Assembly: GCF_000315625.1 (NCBI RefSeq)
Contig: NW_005434658.1
Location: 649,139-713,138, forward strand
Direction of reading: 5' to 3'
Source of the DNA: Guillardia theta CCMP2712
Lineage: Eukaryota > Protista > Cryptophyta
Length of the DNA: 64,000 bases
The translations under genes were made by a program, and so were the position numbers. Positions within the stretch are counted from its first letter, which is position 1, and each line of letters starts with the position of its first letter. Below the pieces are notes generated by a model, which had not been told where the DNA came from, made no database searches, and saw only the letters and a list, made by a program, of their open reading frames with translations. Below, piece after piece: positions 48,822 through 62,006 of the stretch.

Positions 48822-50084
48822 ATGTAGTCAAGAGCGATGGATAGAGACGAGGAGGCTGAGGGCTGTAGGGGACGGGAGGGTCGAGGGAAACGAGCACAGA
48901 GCACTCGTGCTGATAGCACTTGAGGACCGTGACTGAGGAGGAGAAGGATGCTGTCTGGGAAGTGCCACAGAGGAAAGGGAGAAGTGAGGTGTTGTTGGGA
49001 AATGGTTATGGGATGATGGAGGAGGGGAGGGGAAATAGGCACAGTGAAGATGGATTGGATTCTAGGGAATTTGCTCTGATCATTTTCTCCCCAAGGTTGA
49101 TCATCATGAACTAGCTCATCTCGCTCAAAACAAGCTTTGCCTAACTCTTCCAGGGAGGGCAGAATGGACCCAACAACACTGTTGATAACGTCTGGACCTC
49201 CTTTTGCAGTCGCAGATCCTCCTTCCAAGGACGACATCTACCTGCCGATATCGCGATCCCCCCAGCTTGCCGACAACAAGCGGGTCTTCACCTCCACCAG
49301 GAGGTTCCGAGTGCACAACGATGCCGACTCAGCCAGGAGCCTCCGCTCGCACGTTCGAAGTCGCCCGGCCGCTCTGCTAATCCTCACTCTTCTTGTTCGC
49401 AGGACATCCCTGGTGCGCAGGCCAGCAGCACGCGGAACCTCCTGGTGACCAAGAGGTTCGGGAATGACAAGAAGGCCGTGGTCGGGATCTACGACGAGAA
49501 GACACAGCACGAGGTCGAAGCCTTCTGTTCCGTGTACCACAAGGCCAGCAACACAGGGCTGCTGGGAGATGCTGTTCTCGGAAGTTACCTTCCTCACAGG
49601 TTCCCCGTGGTCTCACACTTTACTCGCAGGATGATTGAGGAGGTTTCGCAGGTCGCAATCGTACAGGCTGAAGAACAAGAACGTCAAGTACTCGCTGCAG
49701 ACAGAAGGTTTGCTCTTGTGTCAACTGCCTCGGCGATCCCTAATGCACATCAGATATTTTCGGCGCACAACCAAAGCAGTTGTCCAGGTGGCTCAACAGC
49801 TTTGAGCATAATTGCGGTCGATAAGGCTGACAAACTCCTTGAGATTCCTTGAAGTCACCTCGAGGCATCTAGATCCTCTCTCTCCCAAGTACAAACACCC
49901 GAGCTTCAAACCTGCCGATCCTCTAGTGCCCAAGGTCGGGACATGCCGAGGCGATGCGATGTGTGTGTATCCCTGATGTGTACTGTTGTCTGCCGCAGTC
50001 GAATGGGCACAACTCGCTCGATGTCAAGGACCTGGTCTTCTCTGCCGGAGATGGAGAGCTCAGACCTGTCTTCGGCGTCGGGTA
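48822..50084 (+). CDS. Hypothetical protein (spliced); boundaries approximate
   Basis: Exon-like ORFs 49137-49448 and 49445-49852 separated by short GT-AG introns. Confidence 0.4.
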
Positions 50085-50199
50085 GCTGGCACTTTCCCTA
50101 TGCACCTGCCAGATGCTGAGAACTCCCCAGCTGGACGGCTGAGCGAAGGGACAAGTTGCTCTCGACAAGGTCGACGTCGCACGACGACATCGGTGGAGG

Positions 50200-53140
50200 A
50201 AGCTGGTGATGAGCAGAGCTGATGGAGGAGCCGCAGGGCTGTTGGATAACAAGGCGACCAGAAGATCGCAGAGACAAACGAGGAACCCGCTAGGGGATGA
50301 TATCCTCACCATCACAAGAGGCCCGACCATGCCGGGGATCACGGTGAGGGTCACGATGCTCCTCATGGAGATGCTGTTGGTGACGTGTGCTGGGGTCGAC
50401 AGGGCTCCTCGTTCAAGAGCCGACGCAACACAGACCCGCTGGCTCCTGCTTACCACCTGAGCCTGGAGCTCTCGGCTGTAGATCACGAGACTTTGAGGGC
50501 GGTACGTTTGATGACCTCCTGTCGGGTCGCGTGAGACTCGGCGCGTCGTCACAGTGACCTCTTTTAAGCAGAAGATGTCTCCTAACGCTTCGTCTCCGGG
50601 AACCAATGCGTCGCCAACTTCGCTTGACGTGTCGGGTGAAGTTCAGAGTCCCGGTGGAGCAAGTCCTGGGCATTTGAATGGAGAACTTTCCGAATCCTTT
50701 GTGCAGGTTTGACATGATTTTAGTGTTTATGATTTTTGCGTTCATTGATCTGTCTTCTGAACTGTAGGATTCCAACGATTTCAACATTGTTCCATTTCAA
50801 GCTGATGGTCCCAGAACACGATTATGTGATTTCGGTCTGACCTTTATCTCTTTGAGCAGGGAGCCTTTCAAAGTATGTCATCGAGTTGTTAGTGATGGGA
50901 AGTAGAACTTTCTGACATGTGCTGGGTATTGTTTTGCAGGCAAGACAAGATGGCAAATAATACAAGCACGCTCTCCTCCCCCGACAAGGTCCAACTCCAT
51001 GTCTGGTACTACAGCTCATCATCACACGCAGATTACATCTCCATTTAGCGCGTCTGTTGGCAGCAAGGTCCTCAATCCACTCGACGCTTTCCCTTTGTGT
51101 TTTCTTCTTGCTGCCACTTCTCCATCTTCTTCCCGACCTCTCCTGCCTCCTCCTCCAGCTGCATCTTCAAGCGTGCGAGTCTTTCTTCCCTTTGACACAG
51201 CGATCTCAGGTCTACATCAACTACGGAGTAGTAGAGGGATCCTCCCCCTCCAACCTGGACCTGAAGCGGATGAAGTCCATTACCCCGCACTGCCAGCCTC
51301 TTTCCTCACCTCTGCTCCTGCAGGTACTCCAGTCAGTCGGGCGAGGGCTCCCCAGACCTCAAAGGATCGACGCTCCTCAAGACGGAGGTCAGGGACAAGT
51401 CTGGAAGTACCAGGCTGCTCATGTGGTGCCGCAGGATGTCGATGGCGCAGGTTTCCAGCCTTTCAACGCCATGAAGTCGCAAGTCGGGTGAGCGATCAGA
51501 GGGCCCTGAGCTGCCATGACGATGAGCATGCAGCGGAGGGATCTACGGTGGATCATACAGGAAGTCAACCACCTCTAGGAGGGAGTTCAGAGAGACGTAA
51601 AACCTCCTCCTNNNNNNNNNNNNNNNNNNNNNNNNNNNNNNNNNNNNNNNNNNNNNNNNNNNNNNNNNNNNNNNNNNNNNNNNNNNNNNNNNNNNNNNNN
51701 NNNNNNNNNNNNNNNNNNNNNNNNNNNNNNNNNNNNNNNNNNNNNNNNNNNNNNNNNNNNNNNNNNNNNNNNNNNNNNNNNNNNNNNNNNNNNNNNNNNN
51801 NNNNNNNNNNNNNNNNNNNNNNNNNNNNNNNNNNNNNNNNNNNCTCCTCCTCCTCCCTCCTCCTCCTCCCTCCTCCTCCTCCCTCCTCTCCTGCCTGTCC
51901 GAAATGACCCGCCGTCGGTTCCCAGCAATCAGGTCAGCGACATCGCGGGCGAGGTCGAAGGGCGACCGAGATACACGACAATGCACAACCGACCGACCCG
52001 GCACCTCGACCCCCTCCAGCCGGAATACGCTTCCCTCGACGGAAGGTGCGAGTCCCCTTCCGCCTGTGACGAGCTTGACGAGTCTGCGTGTCAGCGGGGC
52101 GACGCTGAAGGCCCCGCCCGGGAGTTTTAACGTGAAGCACAGGGCTGCAGCGAGTCAGCGAGAGAAGATGGAGAGGTGAGAAGAGCGTGCTAGAGGAGGA
52201 CAGCCGTTTCTCATTCCTTGTTCATTGCAGGGTCGATCAGAGAGATTTCTACGATAGGAAGGTAGGATGTTACAGGTCGAGAGCGCCCCCCTGCTCCTCG
52301 TGACGCTCTCCTCGCAGGAGGCGCAAAGGCAGCTGAGCGAGGAGATCTCTGCTGTCCGCTCGCTAGAGTGAAGGCCTGGCAAGCACTGAGAGCCGTCTCT
52401 TCTCCAGCATCTCCACTTTACCACCACCTCCTCCTCCTTACCTTACACGTAGTTGGTCTGCATGCCGTAGTAGTGAGGCACCCCTTCCGGCTCGTTCTCG
52501 GGGTCGGCAACCATGCTGTCAACGATGGCGATCCCTCCCACGACCCCTGCCCCGCTCTCCTCTCAGCTCTCCGTCTCCCTCCCTCCTCTCGTCCTCCTCA
52601 CCCGGGATCGCGTAGATACCGCAGTCCACAAACGTCTGAGCGACCTGCACGGGGGTCTCGTACCATTCGTTGCTGCTCTCCCGCACGGTCGTCTTGGCCC
52701 AGGGGTCCTTCCCCTGGAGAGCGAGGCTCGGGCCATCGAGGGGTAGGAGGGAGCGGGGAAGCCAGCTGGGAGGACCTGCGGCATGCTTCACAGCAGCCCA
52801 AGAGCAGCCCTCGCACAAGGGGACGAGGAGGAGACGGGGAGGTTCAGGGGGCTGCAGTGGATCAGGTCAAACCTGCAGCGATGCTCACTTCTCTCCTCCT
52901 CTTGGGTGCTCCGGGCGGGTCATGCCTGAGAGGATCAAGACCGATCTCAAGGAAGGAGTCGATGGAAGGCTTCTCCACGAATGACGTCACAGGGTTCTTC
53001 CTGTTGTTGACCACCAAAGTCCATCAGAGGCTACCCTGTTTGCCCTGCAAGAAACGAGCCCCAGCTCCCAGCCTGATCTATGGCTGCCTCCTCTCGCACA
53101 CTCCCACCACCCGGCTTTGAATCACAATCCCTACACATGT
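50200..53140 (-). CDS. Hypothetical protein (spliced, spans N gap 51612-51843); boundaries approximate
   Basis: Exon-like segments such as KDPWAKTTVRESSNEWYETPVQVAQTFVDCGIYAIP and GLHPLQVQVGGGGSLYYSVVDVDL; no family recognised. Confidence 0.4.
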
Positions 53141-54115
53141 GCTGGTCCTTGATTCAACCTGACAACTGTCTACCTGTCTCATGTACACACTGAATACGGT
53201 AAACCACTTCTCCGTTCCTTCCAGAGTCGCTCAAGAAAGCATCCTTTCCTCACATCATTCTCTTCGTCCTCTTTCTCATCCTCAACTTCGTGATATTTCG
53301 CTGTTGACACTTCTTCCTCCTCATCCTCCTTGTCCTCTCCTCCTCTCCTCCACCATCCTTCACCTGGACATAGTAGTTGATTTTGGGATCTCCGCCTTTA
53401 GCCAGATTCTTTAAAGTCCACAACCCTACCCCCTTGCTAAACAAAATGTACATAGGAGGGTAGGGGTACATTTAACCATAAGTATGTTAATTTAAACGCA
53501 TTCGTGTTAAATTAAAGGAAAAGTGACCTAACTGAAGAGCCGCTTGATCGCGTAAAAGTTTACTGTCTATAATAAAATTATTTTAAAATAAGTTTGGTAC
53601 AAATTTAGTACTTTCAAAAGTACCAGGATGGATCAGTAAAACAATATTAATCATTTTACAATTTACAATGCATTGTTGTCAGTGTGGGGATGAGGTCCTT
53701 GCATGACGCGGCGCCAACAGGCGAGGCATGGGGTAGGGAAAGGAGGAGGAGGAAAGGAGAGATGAGATGGAGGAGGAGAGCAGAGGAGCAGCAAGACTAG
53801 GAGGATGGATGAACTTAAGGATGATAGTGTTGTAACGCTTAGCGCCTTCATAACCCGATGACTGCGACACGAGAAGAGGGCAAAGGAGAAAGGGTTACAA
53901 TCGCAGTGTGAGGAGAACTAGAGCACCAGCATCTAGGTGCATTGAACAATCTTGATCAGCTTCGCTCATGCCATGCTGTGCGGACCTGACGTACCCGCGC
54001 AGATGATGTTGGCGATCCTTGCATAAAGCATCGACCGCCTGCTGCACGCCTCAAGATTCGTGACCACCTGTGACCTGCTCTTGCTCTTGCTCGCCCCTCC
54101 ACTGAGGCTAGGAGA

Positions 54116-54994
54116 ATGGGAGCGTCTGAATCAAAGGTAGCCAACGGGGAGAGCAACATCGAGGATGTGAAGAAGAACTTGAATGAGATCCGCTCCCTCA
54201 AGGCCGAGGAGGAGAAGAAATTGCTGCAGCTGTTGGAGGCTGAATCGACGCCTTCCTTCGGCTCCGAGGTGAATGCAGAGGAGAGGAGGAGGACGAGACT
54301 AAGTCGTGATCGACAGCCTTGGAGGAAGAACAGCTCCTCGAGGTTTGAGAAGTTGAGGAAACAACTCCCTGACTGGTCGCAAGTGACCAAGATAGTGAGA
54401 CCTTCCCTTGTCTTCCTTGTTGCTTCTTGACTGTCCTCGTTGGATCAGGGTGCCTGCTCACCGTCTTCGGCAAGGGCTGACATTATTGCTGATGAGAAAG
54501 ATGTGGAGGTTTGGAATGGCATCGAGGACACACACCCTTCATCGACAAAGGACGACGATGACGTCAACGGGAGAGACTCTGCGGAGGAAAGAGCGGAGGA
54601 GGCTACGATGCGAGAGCAGGAGAGCAGTGGGGGAGGAGGGAAAAGAGTAAGGAGAAGAGGACAAGCGATCGGTCGGCAGAAAGTGGAGGAGGAAGAACCG
54701 GAGAAAGCAGAGGAGGGCGGCAAGAAAGCCACGCAGTCCCGCCTGTGCTCCTTGGCGTTGAGGAAGCAGGAAGGGAAGGAGGATGGAAGTGAAGGGGAGA
54801 AGGAGAAGGGGCAGAGGTCGTGCTCGACCTCTTCCTTTGATAGAGTCTCTTGCTCGTCGAGCCGGAAGGACAAGGAGGTACTGTCTGAAGAGAGTGACGG
54901 AAAGGGAGGCAGCGGCCGCCTGTCCTCCACCATCGAGTCCATGAAAGCATCGGTCTCGTGTGGAAGAATGAGGAAGGAGGCGGAGACGAAAATT

Positions 54995-55040
<46 letters not shown>

Positions 55041-55263
55041 GAGGAGCATCGCGCTCGACCATTGGCAGTAGGCTCGGGATGTGTGGCGGAAGGACCCAGA
55101 CCGTTGCGAGCTCTAATGATGGCGCGTTCTCTCGACTCAAGAAGGCAACTTCCTGCGTACCTAGCAGGAAGGAGGGGGAGGAGGGGGAGAAACAGGAGGA
55201 GAGCAGTGGTATGCTATCTCGTATGAAGAAGGCAGCTACCTGCGTACCCAGCAGGAAGGAGGG

Positions 55264-55304
<41 letters not shown>

Positions 55305-57134
55305 GCGGGATGCTATCGCGGATGAAGAAGGCAGCTAGCTGCATGCCACAACGAGCGAACGGAACGGTTTCCAATGCAGAGAAGGAGGAGGAGGAGGGGG
55401 AGAAACAGGAGGAGAATGGTGGCATGCTTTCTCGCATGAAGAAGGCAGCTACCTGCGTACCTAGCAGGAAGGAGGGGGAGGAGGGGGAGAAACAGGAGGA
55501 GAACGGTGGTATGCTATCTCGTATGAAGAAGGCAACTACCTGCGTATCCAGCAGGAAGGAGGGGGAGCAGGAGCAGGAGCAGGAGGGCGGGGTGCTATCA
55601 CGGATGAAGAAGGCAGCTAGCTGCATGCCACAACGAGCGAACGGAACGGTTTCCAATGCAGAGAAGGAGGGGAGGATGAGGGCGACGACAAGCAGGAGGA
55701 TGCCGATAATGCTGCGAAGAATTCTTGGATGGACAAGGTGAAGGGGTTGAGCAGCGCGTCTATCACCAGCTGCTCTCCTTCCCTCCCCACTATCAGCCCC
55801 CCGTCCTTGCCTGGCTGCTCCGTTCCACTTCCCAGCAGCTCCTCTGCCATGAGCTGCTCGCTGCGGAGAAAGACAGGGGAGGAGGAGAAGCAGAACGGGG
55901 AGAGCTCGCCCGAGGGTCAGGCCTCGAACTCTACAGGCGGATGGAAGGCTGTGGCTACTTGTTCTGCGAGCAGAAAGCAGAAGGAGGAGGAGGGGGGGAA
56001 GGGCAAAGGGACAAGCGGCGAAGGGAAAAGCTCCAACTTGAAGGACATCCTTCTATGCACTGCCAAGAGGGAGCAGAACAAGCAGGCAGGGGAGGGTAAA
56101 GAGGAGGGGAACACAGACAAGTCCGAAGGAGTCTTCTCCCGCTTGCAGAAGGCTGCCTCTTGCTCCGCTGCCTCTGCAGTCAGTGGGGAGGAGGATGGGG
56201 AGAAGCCGAACAGGTCGATGGTTTCCTCTCTCTCCTGCTCCTCGAGCCGCAAGCAGACGGAGATGGAGAAGAAGGAGGTGGCGCTGACGGTCACGCAGTA
56301 TGTAGAGAGGATCAGCAGGGGGACTGCTGGGAGCGCTGTTGGGCTCAATGGTGTCGAGCTCTCCCCCGAGGATGTCAAAGTGCTCATGACGTCGATCGTT
56401 GCTGGATGGAAGGAGCCCACTGGCCTCAAATCCTCCTCCTCCTCCCCCTCTTTCATCCGCAAACTCTACCTGGGTCAGGACGGGCTGGGAGACGAGGGAG
56501 TGCAGGCGCTGGCAGAGTTTCTGAGCAAGGACTGCAAACTGAACGAGCTGCGGCTGCACGACAACGGGATCGGTAGCCGTGGCGCCTCCTCCATTTGCTC
56601 CGTCCTTCACCTCAACCAGTCGATGCGGGTGCTGGTGCTGGGGCACAACAGGATCGGAGAGCTCGGGGCAGCGGCCGCTGGCCTCCTCCTCCGCTTCAAC
56701 AGCAGCCTGACCGACTTGGACCTGAGCGGGAACGAGCTGAGAGACGAGGGAGTGAAGCTGCTCGCGGACTGCCTCCCGCAGAACAAGACGCTTCGGAACC
56801 TCCACCTCGCACGTAACCAGTTTGGTCCTAAGGGCGCAAAGGCGTTTGCGGATGCCTTGACGGCGGGGGGCTCGAGCCTGTTCCGGGTGAACCTGGGGAG
56901 CAACAAGCTGCGGGCAGAGGGGGCGAAGCACCTTTCCTCGATGCTCCTTAGCAAGAACCTTGAAATCTCTCACCTTCACCTGGCCGCTGCAGACATCGGG
57001 GACGAGGGGGCTACGAGCCTCGCTGATGCAATGAAGGAGAACCGAACGCTGTGCGCCCTCTACTTGCAGGTATCAGAAAATGTGCTGCATCCTCCTCCTC
57101 CTCCTCCTCCTCCTCCTCCTCCTCCTCCTCCTCC

Positions 57135-57180
<46 letters not shown>

Positions 57181-57184
57181 AATT

Positions 57185-57223
<39 letters not shown>

Positions 57224-57233
57224 GTCATCATCG

Positions 57234-57268
<35 letters not shown>

Positions 57269-57287
57269 GTCGTCGTCGTCGTCGTCG

Positions 57288-57328
<41 letters not shown>

Positions 57329-57733
57329 CCTCTACTCCCCCACGGCTCCTCCTTTCCCTCCTTCCCACCACTGTCTATCTGTTCCTCCCTTCCTGACATG
57401 TCCCATCAGAGCAACGGCATCATGGACGCAGGAGCGCAGCAGCTGGCTGAGGCGCTGCGGGTTAACTGCACTCTGTCGGAGCTTCACGTGGACGGCAACA
57501 GCATCTCCTCCAAGGGGGTTAGCGCGCTTGCCCTCGCCTCCGCCTCCATGCCGCTCGTCCTCCGTCCTCTCCCTGTCGACAAGCGAACGGCCCTGGCCAT
57601 GGGGCTCCATGCTCGACTCGGCGCTGACTCGCCCCTGTCCTCGCTGGACCGCAAGCTCGTCCGAGCGATCGCGGACGCGGCGGCTGTGGAGCTGTCGAGA
57701 AAGCTGAGGCTGTCGGCAACCACGAGCAAGTGA
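54116..57733 (+). CDS. RNI-like LRR protein with MGxxxS N-terminus, repeated basic-helix-Cys motifs and C-terminal AMGLHARLG motif; apparent 1-nt frameshift near 55670
   Basis: MGASESK start; six G(M/A/V)(L/F)SR(M/L)KKA..C copies; 28-aa LRRs (LRLHDNGIG, LVLGHNRIG, LDLSGNELRDEG, LHLARNQFG, VNLGSNKL); last exon 57409-57733. Confidence 0.8.
57090..57324. repeat. Compound (CCT)n(CAT)n(CGT)n intronic microsatellite
   Basis: Seen directly within intron 57070-57408. Confidence 0.95.
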
Positions 57734-58045
57734 AGCGAAGCGGAGGGGAAGAAGCAAGACAGATGGAGGGAGAGGAGGGAGGAGGTTGTTGAGGTGAGGG
57801 ATGAAGGCGAAGGAGCAAGGGGGGAGAGCAGGGGAGAACGGCTGTGAGAATATTTTTTACAAACACACGAGAAGACAAAGGAAGGCTCTCATCCTTTACT
57901 AGATCGATCCCTAATGCCTGTACACGTTTGACTGCTTTTTCTGCTCCCCAACCCTGCCTCCCATACTCTTTTTCAGCCACTCCCCCCTGCTCCTCCTCCT
58001 CCTCCTCCTCCTCCTCCTCCTCCTCCTCCTCCTCCTCCTCCCTTC

Positions 58046-61000
58046 TCAGTGAGAATGTTTGCCCAGCACAGCATGAATGAGGACGATGAGCGCAGAAACC
58101 TGCGGAGAGAGTGAGAGGAGACGAGGGAGGAACTAGCATGCCTGGAGCATCAGCAAGTAGATGCTCGCGATGGTGCGAACTGAAGTGTCTCGAGCGACGG
58201 CGGTGGCGNNNNNNNNNNNNNNNNNNNNNNNNNNNNNNNNNNNNNNNNNNNNNNNNNNNNNNNNNNNNNNNNNNNNNNNNNNNNNNNNNNNNNNNNNNNN
58301 NNNNNNNNAGAGGAGAGGAGAGGAGAGGAGAGGAGAGGAGAGGAGAGGAGAGGAGAGGAGAGGAGAGGAGAGGAGAGGAGAGGAGAAGAGAGGAGAGGAG
58401 AGGAGAGGTAATCACGTTACCTTGATCAGTCTGTCGAAAGAGGACACTATGCTCGAGAGATCTCTCGATCGGAGAACTGGGAGAGACGAGCGTCAGTGCG
58501 CGAGCGAAGAGGGAGGAGGGAGACATAGGGAGAAGGAGGCAGGGGGCGAGAGGAGAGAAAGCCGTGTGGGCAAAGAAAGAAGAAGCAGAATTTGTGAAGG
58601 GGGAGATTGATGCAAGTGGACGCGAGGAGAAGGGGAGGCGAGGTTGCTCACGGTCTTCTAGCGAGCAGGCGATGGGCTCGAAGAGCGCGGAGGTCAGACC
58701 GTTCTCGATGTCTCTCCTGGCAAGAGAGGAGAGATGAGGAGGGAGAAGGAAAAATGTAAGACAGGGCGACGTCATGTTAGTAAGCGAACCCAGTAGGAAG
58801 CGAAGGGTACGAGGCAAGAAAAGTGAGAGAGGAAAGGAGAGGAGAACGGGAGGAGGAGGCGAGGAGGAGGCGAGGAGCGCACAAGGAGTGTGAAGTAAGT
58901 GCATGAGAGTACAGTAGGAGGTTTACCCCAATCCTCCTGCTTTCATCGCATTCGACGCGTGCAATCTCGCGATCTCATCCTGAAAGGACTGTGAGAAGAA
59001 CTAGGAAAGGTTGTAGGGATAGGAAGGGGAGGACAGGACAGGACAGGACAGGACAGGACAGGACGGGACAGGGGAGAAGGAAAGGGGAAAAGCAGACCTG
59101 GAGGTCTTTGTTTCGGATCGCCTGCCCCACAAGTCAGCAGCATGTCAGTTCCATCCACCTCCCTCCTCCCCTCGTCCGCATCATCACTCAGGAGCATCTT
59201 CATCAGCCCCCCCGCTACGTTCAACATCCTCCCACCTCACTCTCCAGTCTTGACCTCAGCGCCGTCTTCTCGCTCATCAGGCTCTCCAGCAGTGCCTTTG
59301 ACACGTCATTAACCCCCTCCCCCTCCAGCCCACCCAGGTCGAGCACCTGCTTTGCAAGCACCTCCTCGCACATCTTGTTGAGCTGGGCCTCCAGCTCGTT
59401 GTCGTTGACCTCCCTGCTGGAGCTCAGCAGACCTCCCGCAAACTCTCGGGCCCTCACACCTCACATGCGGCTTGACATGGCTCGTCCTCTCCAGCTGCCT
59501 CACCTGCAGCTCCGCTTCCTCCAGCTGGCACGGCGTCAGCTGGCTGCTTGCTGGGGATGACGTCACCTTCTTGCGGATGCCCTTGGTCTGGTTGTCGAAC
59601 TCTTCCCTCAGCTCCTCGCAGTGTCTCTCCTTCGCCTTGAGGGCTGGGCGGCAAGTCAATGAGGCAGAGGCAGGGAGAGGAAGGGAAAGAATAAAGCAGG
59701 GAGGGAGGCAGGGAGGGAGGCAGGGAGAGGAAGGGAAAGAAGAAAGCAGGGAAGGAGGAAGGCAGGGAGGCAGAGGCAGGGAGAAGGAAGAGGTCCTTGA
59801 GGGAAAGGGAGCGAGGGATGGATGGATGGATAGATGGATGGATGGAGGCAGGCAGGCAGGCAGGAGGGGAGGAGGGTGAGTTGAGGTGGGGGGAATGGTT
59901 TGAAAGGAGAGAAACGATGGGTAGGAGGGAGAGATCCAACCGCTCCGAAGCACTTGGCTCTCGTGCTTGTGCTCTTCGACCTCCTTCCTGCTCATGGAGG
60001 GATCAGGGCTTCCTCCGATAGCGAGGCAACACCAACTTGAGCGTTTGCATGCTCGCCACGACCGATCGAGAGTTCTCCTCCGATGCTCGAAGCCTTCCGG
60101 GCACGTGTGAGAGGAGGGCAAGGTAGGGTCGGTCAGGCACAACCGCTCCTCTGCCTCCTTGGCTGCTGCCTCGCTCTCCTGCACTCTCTCCATCACAACC
60201 TGCTCCTCTCCCATCGCTCGTTGGCGCACCTGCCGCCGCCTCTCCGCCGCCGCGAGCTCCCTCGTGAACTGGAAGAATGCAGCCATGAGGGGGTTGTGGT
60301 CGCAAGGATGGCACGGCACCTGAACAGTCTCGGAGGACAACGACTGCTCTCGATCTTGGAACATGAGGAGCTGGTTCTTGTGCTCTGCCCGCGCTTCCTC
60401 CACCTTGACCGAGAAATCGAGTCATGCTCCCCCTCAGCAAACAAGCGGCCTCACCTGCTTCTGCGCCTCCTCGTACTTCCTCTGGAGGAAATCCTTGGAC
60501 TCCTGGAGGGCGGACAGTGAGCGAACCCATCAGCGCACTGGAGAGGAAGGCAAGACCTCCTGCTCCTCGAGAGACTTCTCCAGCTCAATCACTCTCCGGG
60601 AATATTCCTCGTTCTCTGCAGCACAGAGGAGCACATCAGAGCGAGCAGAAGCGGGCTCTTCCTACGCCTACCTCTTCTCAACTGATCCATGTATCTCTGC
60701 ATCGACTCGATCTCGTCCGCCTGTACAACGTCAGTCGCTGGCTGCCACGTCTTAGTCAGGTCCGTCGGGTCCAACCTTGGCTTTCAGCGACTCTCTCATC
60801 GCGTTCGTCTGCAGCTGGGCCTGCTGCTCGGCCTGAATCATGATGAATCGCACATGTTATTCCTTGCGAGACAAGATGCACACTTGTCGGTGCTTGTTCT
60901 GCTCCGTCACAGCTTTCTCGACCTCCCGTTGAGCCTGATCGAGCTGCAGAGAGGGTCAGGTTGCAAACGCATCCCCGCGCACTTGCCTTGTCGTTCCACT

Positions 61001-61620
61001 CCTTCTCCCGCTCAGCTGAACTCTTGAGAAGTGACTTGTGGGAGGTCACCAGCAGTTCGATCTGCAAGCTCCTTCACGCGCGGCAACAAGTCGACCCATC
61101 GTTTGCTTCTTCACCTGGCTGCTCTTCTTTGCAAGAGCCTTGGACAGCTTCTCAACTTTTCTGCAGGCTCTCCATCATAGGAGAAACGCCATGAGCACGG
61201 GAAGTTACAGTTGTAGGCTTGACCGCGGAGAAAGGGCTGTGCTTGAAACAGCTTCTGCAGTGATAGGTTAAGGATAGACGTCTTCGTTCACAAACGAGAC
61301 CATTCTCTTGTGCCTCTGGCTCGTCGGCATTCAGGTTTCCTCCATCATTACCCTCCTGTGTTCAGACGTCTCATGCATGGAAGAGGGATCGCCATGTCGG
61401 TGCCTACCATGAGGATCTTGAGCTCGTCAGCGTCAGCCGCAGCATCGTTGGAAACTGCCTCCAGAGTCTCGGCAGCTACAAACCCATCAAATCTCACAGA
61501 GAAAACCATTTCATTCATGGCAGGGCAAGTCAGAATGATCGTGTTAGTTGGGGAGGAGGGGGAGATACCGGTCCTGTCGAGTTTGTCCAGCAAGTCGCCA
61601 GCTTTCTGCAGCCACTCCAT
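58046..61620 (-). CDS. Golgin-84 (GOLGA5)-like tail-anchored coiled-coil protein; spans N gap 58209-58308
   Basis: N-terminal MEWLQKAGDLLDKLDR, ELEAQLNKMCEEVLAKQ..LLESLMSEKTALRSRLE, C-terminal TM VRTIASIYLLMLQ|VSALIVLIHAVLGKHSH*. Confidence 0.75.
58309..58408. repeat. (AGAGG)n pentamer repeat next to a gap; the same unit occurs at 39790-39846
   Basis: Seen directly. Confidence 0.95.
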
Positions 61621-62006
61621 GTTTGAGGCCCTGGAAGTGTCCAGCAGGCAAAGCTCTGCCCTGTCTCGATCCTCCTCACCCGCTCACGGTCACAACTTTG
61701 GCAGCTGCTCGCTCTTTCCTCCTCCTCCTCCTCCTCCTCCTCTCACTGCTCCCCTCCCCGCATTTGCATGCGCAGCCGCGCCCACTGGAACTTTCCACAC
61801 GCCATCGTAGTGCACCCTGAATCAAGGGCAGCAGTAAATTCTCAGTTGTTGATTAGTGCAAGGATTAACTGCCCCGCTGAAGCTAAATTCGAAAATGAAC
61901 TTGATTAAAGTCTGGGATAATTTGAATTAAGAGATCTTAATTTATTATTAGCATGGAAGTTGAGTGAAAAACTTCTTGCTGAAAGTTTGCGGCGGGCGCG
62001 AGAAGC

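Noticed and set aside
54445-55656. 403-aa minus-strand repeat ORF
   Set aside because: Antisense shadow of the repetitive + strand exon
57073-57399. Poly-His / poly-Met / poly-Ile ORFs (apparent metal-binding tail)
   Set aside because: They lie in a GT-AG intron (57070-57408); the LRR frame resumes after it
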